Below, in pieces: positions 56,941 through 64,000 of a stretch of 64,000 nucleotides of DNA. Made by a program: the position numbers and the translations under genes. The stretch covers positions 3,854 through 67,853 of the forward strand of contig CAYLPP010000009.1 of assembly GCA_964385615.1 (NCBI GenBank), in the 5' to 3' direction. The DNA comes from an uncultured bacterium. GTDB lineage: Bacteria; Omnitrophota; Omnitrophia; Omnitrophales; Aquincolibacteriaceae. Below the pieces are notes generated by a model, which had not been told where the DNA came from, did no database searches, and saw only the letters and a program-made list of their open reading frames with translations. Each line of letters begins with the position of its first letter. The first letter of the stretch is position 1.

Positions 56941-57665
56941 AAATTCTTTACGCCGGAGACAGCCCGGTCGGCGGAGCCGCGAACTATCTCCTGGGTGTTC
57001 TTGGTTCGATGAAGGCTCGAGTGACGCATCTTCCGCCTTCCGAAAAATTGACGCGGAAAATATTAAGCGAACGCTTTGACGCCATTCTTCTCAGTGATTT
57101 TTCCCGTAAAAATCTTCCGGCTGACGCGGAAAAGCTTCTGGTGAAACAGGTGCAGTCCGGGACAGGGTTGATGATGATCGGTGGTTGGGGATCTTTCTCC
57201 GGTCCTTTCGGCGGTTGGAAGGGGAGCCAAGTTGAAAAGCTTCTTCCCGTCTCCTGTTTAAACCGGGATGACCGCACGAATTTTACGGGAGGAGCTTCCG
57301 CCGGATTAGTTTCGCCCCATCCTTCCGTCAAAGGAGTTTCTTTCTCGCAGGCGCCGGTTATTTGCGGTATGAATCTCGTCCTTCCCAAAAAAAATAGCAA
57401 GTTAGTCCTCGCGGCGCGGCGAATTCTCTCTGATGGGAAAAAGGCCAGGCTGGAAAGTAAGGCGTTTCCGCTTTTAGTCACGGGCAACGCCGGCGGGCGG
57501 ACCGCCGCGTTTACCACTGATTTCGCGCCCCACTGGTGCGGGGGGCTTGTGGATTGGGGCGGAGACACTCAAACCCTTCCGGTGAACTCAAAAATCCGCA
57601 TTCAGGTTGGAAAACGGTATGTTCAGCTGATAACCTCTCTCGTGAGCTGGCTCGCTGGCCGGTAA
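56937..57665 (+). CDS. Hypothetical protein, possibly class-I glutamine-amidotransferase-like fold
   Basis: KILYAGDSPVGGAANYL ... FDAILLSDF ... GLMMIGGWGSF pattern resembles GATase1-like/ThuA-like proteins. No catalytic Cys identified. Confidence 0.35.
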   Translation: MKILYAGDSPVGGAANYLLGVLGSMKARVTHLPPSEKLTRKILSERFDAILLSDFSRKNLPADAEKLLVKQVQSGTGLMMIGGWGSFSGPFGGWKGSQVEKLLPVSCLNRDDRTNFTGGASAGLVSPHPSVKGVSFSQAPVICGMNLVLPKKNSKLVLAARRILSDGKKARLESKAFPLLVTGNAGGRTAAFTTDFAPHWCGGLVDWGGDTQTLPVNSKIRIQVGKRYVQLITSLVSWLAGR

Positions 57666-57721
57666 TTTGACTCAAGTTTTCCTCTCTTTTTTCGATACAT
57701 CATCTAAGAAAGAGAGGCGTT

Positions 57722-57934
57722 ATGATTAACAACATGGTTTTATCCACCGAAATCGAGTGGATCGGTTACGAAAGTAAAAACCGTATGCTTCAAGTTGAGT
57801 TTATCGAAGGTCAAACCTACCAGTATCAGAATGTTCCGGAAACCGTTTATGAGCACTTTTTAAGCGCGGATTCTCATTGCGTTTACTTTGATTCGGAAAT
57901 CAAAGGGAGATACGCTTACCGCCGTATCCGTTAA
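57722..57934 (+). CDS. KTSC domain protein
   Basis: 70 aa; IEWIGYESKNRMLQVEFIEGQTYQYQNVPETVYEHFLSADS...GRYAYRRIR matches the KTSC domain consensus. Confidence 0.65.
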   Translation: MINNMVLSTEIEWIGYESKNRMLQVEFIEGQTYQYQNVPETVYEHFLSADSHCVYFDSEIKGRYAYRRIR

Positions 57935-57983
57935 ATTTTAATTTAAAGTTGATTGGGCCATGGTTTGAAGATAGAATTCAGCC

Positions 57984-58544
57984 ATGGCCCTTCTTCATTC
58001 CGATCCGCTCAAACCCGGCACGCCGGCGCCTTTTTTTGAACTCCCCTCAGTTGACGAAAAAAAATACTCGCTTCATGATTTTAAGGGGAAGCCTCTCGCT
58101 GTTCTTTTTATCTGCAATCATTGTCCTTACGTAAAGGCTGTTGAAGACCGCATTCTTCAGTTAGTTCGCGATTATGAAAAGCGGGGAGTGGCCTTTGCCG
58201 CGATTTGTTCGAATGATCCCACGGATTATCCAGACGACAGCCCTGCAAGTCTTAAAGCCCGTTGGCTTGAAAAAAAATACGGCTTTCCGTATTTGATTGA
58301 TGCTTCTCAGGATACGGCGCGCGCTTTCGGCGCGGTCTGCACTCCTGATATTTTTGTTTACGATAAGGATCATACTTTGGCTTACCGGGGCCAGATCGAC
58401 AATAGCTGGAAAGACCCTCTTCAAGTCACCCGCCATGATCTTCGTGAAGCTCTTGACGCTTTGCTTGCGGGCAATAAGCCTTCCCCTCAGCAAATTCCCT
58501 CCATGGGTTGTTCGATCAAGTGGTCCAAAACTAGCAAGAATTAG
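57984..58544 (+). CDS. Thioredoxin-fold protein (AhpC/TSA-like thiol-disulfide oxidoreductase)
   Basis: APFFELPSVDEKKYSLHDFKGKPLAVLFICNHCPYVK, with a CxxC-type motif (CNHC) in a redoxin context. Confidence 0.65.
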   Translation: MALLHSDPLKPGTPAPFFELPSVDEKKYSLHDFKGKPLAVLFICNHCPYVKAVEDRILQLVRDYEKRGVAFAAICSNDPTDYPDDSPASLKARWLEKKYGFPYLIDASQDTARAFGAVCTPDIFVYDKDHTLAYRGQIDNSWKDPLQVTRHDLREALDALLAGNKPSPQQIPSMGCSIKWSKTSKN

Positions 58545-58696
58545 CATTTCTAGTATTAAGTAGCCTTTTCTAGCATTTTCCTCGTAGTTCTCTCTATAGA
58601 CTTGACCTCGTGTTATACTTTTATAAAAAGATTTAAAAAGTTTTCAACCAAATAGAAAACGACTCAAACATTGAGCGGAGCGGACGGCAAAATCCA

Positions 58697-61600
58697 ATGA
58701 AGAACAGATATCTCATCCGCGTGATTGCGGTGGGAACTCTTTTGACTTTTTGCTCTACCGGCGCAGGCTGGGGGGAACCCGCTCCCTCTGTCGAAGGTCC
58801 GCCGATTCCCGCGTTTGATATTTCAAAATTTCACGTTCCCTCCGAAATTGCCAATCTTCAGCAAGTCCATTCAGCCGGCGCCAAACGCACGGTGATTTAT
58901 GTTCAGGACGCGCATGGAGTTTTAGACGCTCAGCAAAACATTCAAAAGCTGATTCAGTTATTTCAAGATGATTATGGAATCAGGGTTTTCGGGCTGGAGG
59001 GGAGCAAAGAAGATCTTGATCCGCTAATCCTTCGGGCCTTTCCTGATGCTTTCATCCGTGACAAAGTTTTACGCCAATACCTAGACCGCGGAGAATTGAC
59101 CGGTGCGGATTTTGCCGCGATTACCAATCCGGCCAAGTCGGTGTTTCACGGTTTAGAAGATTGGAATCTTTATCAGGAAAACTATCTGGCTTACCTGCAA
59201 GCGTCGGAATTGAAAGCCAAAATTCTGGAGAAAATCGAAATTGTCCGGGCGGATCTCGCGAAAGAGCGTGTTCGGATTTACTCGCCGCAATTCAACCGCT
59301 TTCACGAAAGTGTTGAATCTTTCGAGGATGAAAAGATAGGTCTCCTCGAGCTTCTTAAATTTCTGGGTGAATGCGAATCCGAGCTTCGCCCTGAAGACCG
59401 GAAAATTACTAAAACCGCCGCGCCTCATTTGTTCGGCTTGATGAACGCGGTTTTTAGCTCTAAGTCGGGAGAGGGTGAAATCAACGCGGAAGTGGGGAAG
59501 GTGGCCGAAAAGTTTCAAAATATTTTCCGTTTTAAGCCTAATCTGCAGAAGGCACAGGAGTTTAATACCCGCTATCAGGGGTTTAGAACCGGAGCCGAAG
59601 ACGCCGGAACTTTTTTGAAGTTTCTTGTGGATGCCGGCAAAGAGATCGGGTATGTGCCGGACTTGAGTTTTTCCATGAAGCAACTATTGGGCGAAGCGGA
59701 GACGCTTTCCATGATCAAGGGAACGCTTTTATTTGACGAGTTGGATCAGGTTATCCGCGATTACCGGAATTATTACGCTGTGACTCCGGAAGAGAAAGCA
59801 TTGTCACTAAAGTACGAACGGCTCAGGATTGTTAAAACAATGGCTTCCCTCGAATTAACCCGGGATCAGATGGATGAATTTGAGAAAGAACCTGAGGCCT
59901 ACCTGACGCTTTTTGACCAGGAAGAGGAGTGGATGCAGCCCGCGCTCCGGTTTTATGACGCCGCGCTGAGACGTGATGACGCGTTTCTTAGAAAAATTGA
60001 TTCCATGTTTGAAAAGGAAAAAACGGATGTCATTGTTGTTTTGACTGGGGGCTTTCACTCAGGCGGTCTCGAGCGCAACCTTGAGAAAAACGGCTATAAC
60101 TTCGCGGTACTGACTCCCAAGATGGACTCTCTCAACGGTCAGGAAAATTATCAAAAGGTCATGAGCGGTGACCTCTCTTACAAAGAATTCCTGAATAAAA
60201 GTTTCTATGACGCGTTTGTGAGTCACTCCACCCTTGCTTTGGCCAGAGAGCTCAGCAAACCGGACTTTTTTCAGGCTTTAAAACAATGGCGGGACCAGGT
60301 GATTCGGGAGCTGGCGAATGAAGGCCGGCTGACGCAAGCCGGAGATTACAGCGTCTACATTGACAGGCTCGTTTCTGTTTATAAGGAAAGATATGGAGAC
60401 ACGGAAAAAATTTCAAGAACCGAAAATGAAATTCTCAGGGATATCGAAACTGTTCTCGCGAATTTTAACGAGCGTCTGAAGATTAAAATTCGGGACCGTT
60501 TTCAATCGGAGTTCCGGGATTTCCGTGCTGGGGCTGAACAATTTCGCCAAGCGGGCACCCTGAATTCCGAAAATCTGCAGACACTCTCCGCGCAAATTGA
60601 TGCCCGCAAAGCCGGAGTCAATACGATCCTTCCTCTTGGGAATAAGGAATATGATCCGGTGACCGCTTATATTTCCGGAAAAGTAAATTTGACGGAAGCT
60701 CAGGAAAGGTTAACTCAGACGGCGAAATCTGAGCTCCGCTCTGACGCGGAGTCGCGTCTTTCACGCTTGGTGGGTGCCGTGCGCAAACCGCAGGTACCGC
60801 GTTCCGAAGCCCCCTTGTCTGTCGTAAGCCCGGAACTTGATCCATTGCCTGAAAGTACTTCGACTGAAGCGAAAAGTGCCGCACTTTTTAACTCATTAAC
60901 AACCGGTTCAACAATCACAGAACTTGTTCCCGCTTTTAAAAATATCGGGATTACGGTCCGCGACCCAAAAGATTTGAGGCCTGGTTTCGCCGCGCTCTAC
61001 TTTGAACTGCTTGATGAGTCGGGTGCTCCGATTAGAACGGATTATCGGGGCCTGACGGTTAACGCCCATGTTTTTATTGAGGGGAGTCTGGCAGAAGACA
61101 GTGTTCACATTACCGCCGCGACGCTTGGAGCTCCGAAGAGCCGCGAGCGTGTTCTTATCTCGCTTGAGCTGATGCGTATCAGCACGCGCTATGTTTCGAG
61201 ATTAGGCCGTTGGAAGAACCTGGAATTGACCGCCTTGAATCCGCAAAGCCGGAAATTTCTCAGTGAAAATCTACAGGCACTTATGAAACCTGGTTATACG
61301 ATTCAAATCCCGGAAGACGCTGAAAATTACAAAATTCCGTTTGAGAACATGAATCTCGATGAGCCGATCGCCGTGGCGCGTTCTGAACAGCGGGGTTTGT
61401 CTCTGGAAGACCGTCAGGCTAATGCTGAAGCAGCGCTTCGGACAATCGCGATTGTCGCGACTTCGTCAGAAGGTTCTGGAATCGGAGAAGTTTCTCGCCG
61501 GGCCAGCCAGTATTTGGGGATGCTGGCAAACGCGCCGAATGATGCCGTAAGGCTAAAAGTTTTACCTGGGATTGAAGCTTGGCTTCGTGAACAAAGAGTC

Positions 61601-63172
61601 CAGAATCAGCCCCGGTCCATTCGTGAAGCGCTGATCTTTTTAGGCGGATCCTCAGATCAAAGAGTTACCGGTCTCAACCGTCTTATTGAATGGATTCGCA
61701 TTGACCCCGTTACCCGCCAAGTGAACGCGGGGGTTGAACAGAACCTGCAGGGAATTGAGACAGAAGTCGGCGGGCGGCTGCTGGATATCCTTCTGGAATC
61801 GGTTAATAATCCTGACGTTTTCCCCGCGGGCGATTTGATTCGGGTGCTGGCGGTACTTGATACTTTGCCGCAGTTTCGCAATGCTTTTGCCCAAGATTCC
61901 GCCCGGCTTGATGATATTGCTCAGCAATTGGCGGACGCTTCTTTTGATGGAAATGAAAACGCGCAGATTTTAGCCGTAGCCTTTTCAAAACTGATTTTGT
62001 TCACGGATGCTTTTAACAAACAGAGATCCATCTTTGAAACCATGCTCAAAGTTCCAGCTCAGGATGTTCTTATTAAAAAAACAGGTTCAGACGTCCTCAC
62101 CAATTTGGATGCCCGCGCGAGGTCCGAAGTTCGTCAGGGAACACCTGTGATTGAGCCCTCTGCTTCTCCGGTCTCTTTGTCGCGCTTGCTCGAGGCCCCC
62201 GCGGTACAGAATCTTCTTCGGGAAGGGGATGTCGACGGCGCCCTGCAGAGGGTTGAGACCGCGGGAAATGAGACGGTTGATGGGGTCACTCAGACACTCG
62301 AAGCTCGTACGCGGAGAATCGTCGACGCACTTCGCCAGTCCGGAAACTCCACGGCGGTCATTGGCAATGATAGTTTCCCGGAAACGCTCGCGAGTGAATA
62401 CGGTCCGGTTGTCGAATCAGGGGATATTGACGGTCTGACAGCGGAGATTCGATTAACGCCATATCTCAAATTTACAGCCTCGTTGCAGTCTGAAACGGCT
62501 GTGCCGGTGGATTCAAAGAAAGTAGCGGACTTCAGAGCCCGTCTTTATGCCTATGCCGCGGCAACGCTTAACAAAGATGAAACTCTGGTCATGAATATCA
62601 GCGATAAATCCGACGTTGAGCCCGCTGCCAACGCTCTGAAAAATCTTGCGGCTCCCGAAGTCGGAGTTTTGGGCCGCCTGGTTATTATTTATGACAGCAA
62701 TGTTCCTTTAAAACAAAAACTCTGGAGCTTTATTCCTAACCGGAGCTTTGTTCCCGTAAAAACCGGCAGTGAAGTGGAAACAGTGGCTGAAACCGCGAGA
62801 CGGGAAAAGGGGATGGCCGGAGAGAATGTGCCCATTGTCCTGACGAGTCTTATCGATTTGGAAAAACTGACGGATCCGGCGGTTCGTGAGCTTCTGGCCA
62901 CGCTTTTAAGCTCTCTAAACAGCGGGGATATGAAGCAACTTTTGGTAGAGACTGCGGTTGTTATCGCGATGCGGGTTAAACAGCTCTCTGCCGAGGAACG
63001 GCGCAACTTCAGGGAAGACCCCAAGGCTTTTGCCGGCTTCCTGCGAAAAGAGGGGTTTGAGGACGCGATTGCCGATAGCATCGGCTTCGGCGACAAGGGC
63101 TTCCTCTCGATTCAGATCGGCAAGTTCGTCACGGCCTTCCGCTCAGAGATCCGGGCCGCCCAGTCCGCGTAA
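58697..63172 (+). CDS. Giant secreted hypothetical protein (1491 aa). N-terminal ~450 aa may have a TIKI/TraB/ChaN-like fold.
   Basis: Signal peptide (IRVIAVGTLLTFCSTGAGWG). Two GxxH-type motifs (VIYVQDAHGV; DVIVVLTGGFHSGG) with spacing reminiscent of the TraB/GumN/ChaN superfamily. The remaining ~1000 aa are unrecognised. Confidence 0.55.
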   Translation: MKNRYLIRVIAVGTLLTFCSTGAGWGEPAPSVEGPPIPAFDISKFHVPSEIANLQQVHSAGAKRTVIYVQDAHGVLDAQQNIQKLIQLFQDDYGIRVFGLEGSKEDLDPLILRAFPDAFIRDKVLRQYLDRGELTGADFAAITNPAKSVFHGLEDWNLYQENYLAYLQASELKAKILEKIEIVRADLAKERVRIYSPQFNRFHESVESFEDEKIGLLELLKFLGECESELRPEDRKITKTAAPHLFGLMNAVFSSKSGEGEINAEVGKVAEKFQNIFRFKPNLQKAQEFNTRYQGFRTGAEDAGTFLKFLVDAGKEIGYVPDLSFSMKQLLGEAETLSMIKGTLLFDELDQVIRDYRNYYAVTPEEKALSLKYERLRIVKTMASLELTRDQMDEFEKEPEAYLTLFDQEEEWMQPALRFYDAALRRDDAFLRKIDSMFEKEKTDVIVVLTGGFHSGGLERNLEKNGYNFAVLTPKMDSLNGQENYQKVMSGDLSYKEFLNKSFYDAFVSHSTLALARELSKPDFFQALKQWRDQVIRELANEGRLTQAGDYSVYIDRLVSVYKERYGDTEKISRTENEILRDIETVLANFNERLKIKIRDRFQSEFRDFRAGAEQFRQAGTLNSENLQTLSAQIDARKAGVNTILPLGNKEYDPVTAYISGKVNLTEAQERLTQTAKSELRSDAESRLSRLVGAVRKPQVPRSEAPLSVVSPELDPLPESTSTEAKSAALFNSLTTGSTITELVPAFKNIGITVRDPKDLRPGFAALYFELLDESGAPIRTDYRGLTVNAHVFIEGSLAEDSVHITAATLGAPKSRERVLISLELMRISTRYVSRLGRWKNLELTALNPQSRKFLSENLQALMKPGYTIQIPEDAENYKIPFENMNLDEPIAVARSEQRGLSLEDRQANAEAALRTIAIVATSSEGSGIGEVSRRASQYLGMLANAPNDAVRLKVLPGIEAWLREQRVQNQPRSIREALIFLGGSSDQRVTGLNRLIEWIRIDPVTRQVNAGVEQNLQGIETEVGGRLLDILLESVNNPDVFPAGDLIRVLAVLDTLPQFRNAFAQDSARLDDIAQQLADASFDGNENAQILAVAFSKLILFTDAFNKQRSIFETMLKVPAQDVLIKKTGSDVLTNLDARARSEVRQGTPVIEPSASPVSLSRLLEAPAVQNLLREGDVDGALQRVETAGNETVDGVTQTLEARTRRIVDALRQSGNSTAVIGNDSFPETLASEYGPVVESGDIDGLTAEIRLTPYLKFTASLQSETAVPVDSKKVADFRARLYAYAAATLNKDETLVMNISDKSDVEPAANALKNLAAPEVGVLGRLVIIYDSNVPLKQKLWSFIPNRSFVPVKTGSEVETVAETARREKGMAGENVPIVLTSLIDLEKLTDPAVRELLATLLSSLNSGDMKQLLVETAVVIAMRVKQLSAEERRNFREDPKAFAGFLRKEGFEDAIADSIGFGDKGFLSIQIGKFVTAFRSEIRAAQSA

Positions 63173-63267
63173 GCTCGTAATAAATTCTTTGACTGGAAAT
63201 TTCTTTTCCTTTACACTCCAAACACTAAAATTTATTTTTTTAACCCTCAATTTGAGAGTGTAAAACC

Positions 63268-64000
63268 ATGAGCCGTTTTAAGACCCCCTTAACCATTTTT
63301 GCCATTCTCGCGGGCACCGGAATTCTTCTGGCGCTTGCCTCGTTTACTCCCAAGCAGATTATCGCGACCCTGATTTTCCTGACCATTATCTGCGGAACGC
63401 TCTTCTATTGGAAATTCCGGCTCTCCTTCGCGTTCGCGGGGCTGGCAATCCTATTGGGCGCTAATCTTCTTGATCTTCCTCACGTGATTGAGTTCGCGGG
63501 GCTGGATATCATCCTGTTTTTAGTCGGCATGATGACCATTATCGGATTTTTGGAAGAGAACCATTTCTTTGAGTATTTAGTAGCCAAGGTGGTGGATGCT
63601 GTCGGCGAAAAGCCTTACCTGCTGATGGGGATTCTGATGGTTCTTTCCACTTTCTTCGCGGCTCTTGTGGATGAGGTGACTTCAATTCTTTTCATGATGT
63701 CGACCATGTTCCATATCACCAAGCGCTACAAGGTTAACCCTGTGCCGTTCCTGCTTATGATTGTTTTCGCGACGAATATCGGAAGCAGCGCGACCGCGGT
63801 GGGTAACCCCATCGGCGTTATGATTGCCCTGCGCGCCGGGCTGACTTTCGCGGATTTCCTCCGCTGGGCTGCTCCGATCTCCGTTGTCGCTCTGATTCTG
63901 ACCATCATCCTTTGCTTTATTCTTTTCCGGGCTCAGTTTACTGAATTGAAAGAACGGATGGCCAAGAAGGGGAATGAACCCCATGAATTGGCTCATGTTC
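63268..64000 (+). CDS. Ion transporter of the ArsB/NhaD (CitMHS) permease superfamily, 3' partial
   Basis: Multiple TM helices; LFMMSTMFHITKRYKVNPVPFLLMIVFATNIGSSATAVGNPIGVMIA is typical of ArsB/NhaD-family permeases. The ORF runs off the window end. Confidence 0.7.
   Translation, partial: MSRFKTPLTIFAILAGTGILLALASFTPKQIIATLIFLTIICGTLFYWKFRLSFAFAGLAILLGANLLDLPHVIEFAGLDIILFLVGMMTIIGFLEENHFFEYLVAKVVDAVGEKPYLLMGILMVLSTFFAALVDEVTSILFMMSTMFHITKRYKVNPVPFLLMIVFATNIGSSATAVGNPIGVMIALRAGLTFADFLRWAAPISVVALILTIILCFILFRAQFTELKERMAKKGNEPHELAHV

Noticed and set aside
1-64000. CRISPR arrays, IS elements, rRNA
   Set aside because: No direct-repeat/spacer periodicity, transposase-like ORFs, terminal inverted repeats or rRNA-like conserved segments were seen.

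Overview
This 64 kb window is a gene-dense bacterial chromosomal segment, almost all on the + strand, with many start/stop overlaps of 1-4 nt (the ATGA type), which suggests a streamlined genome (possibly a PVC-type or candidate-phylum lineage, though I cannot confirm taxonomy from sequence alone). Recognisable housekeeping genes include trpB-trpA, ruvX, an M16 peptidase, rpe, lepA-lepB, nadE, ald, rsfS, argS, miaA, a cold-shock protein, glgP, a transaldolase/glucose-6-phosphate isomerase fusion, a beta-oxidation operon (thiolase, 3-hydroxyacyl-CoA dehydrogenase, enoyl-CoA hydratase, fatty-acid-CoA ligase) and one tRNA-Ala(CGC). I found no CRISPR array, transposase, integrase or rRNA. The most unusual content is: (1) a giant ORF of at least 2537 aa that is open to the window edge (5' partial) and contains an embedded CheY-like receiver domain and a PI3/PI4-kinase-like catalytic motif, separated by a recurring RSE[VA]R short motif; (2) a second giant secreted ORF of 1491 aa with no confident homology; (3) a compact c-di-GMP effector cluster (PilZ, YajQ, PilZ) next to a cNMP-binding patatin-like phospholipase; (4) an excisionase/MerR-type HTH fused N-terminal to a receiver domain, with a cognate histidine kinase; (5) a promoter-to-terminator unit at about 55.2-55.5 kb that encodes no annotated ORF; (6) a cluster of small conserved-domain genes (DUF971, KTSC, thioredoxin-like, CARDB-like). 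All functional calls come from motif-level reading of the translated ORFs; none could be confirmed by database search here.
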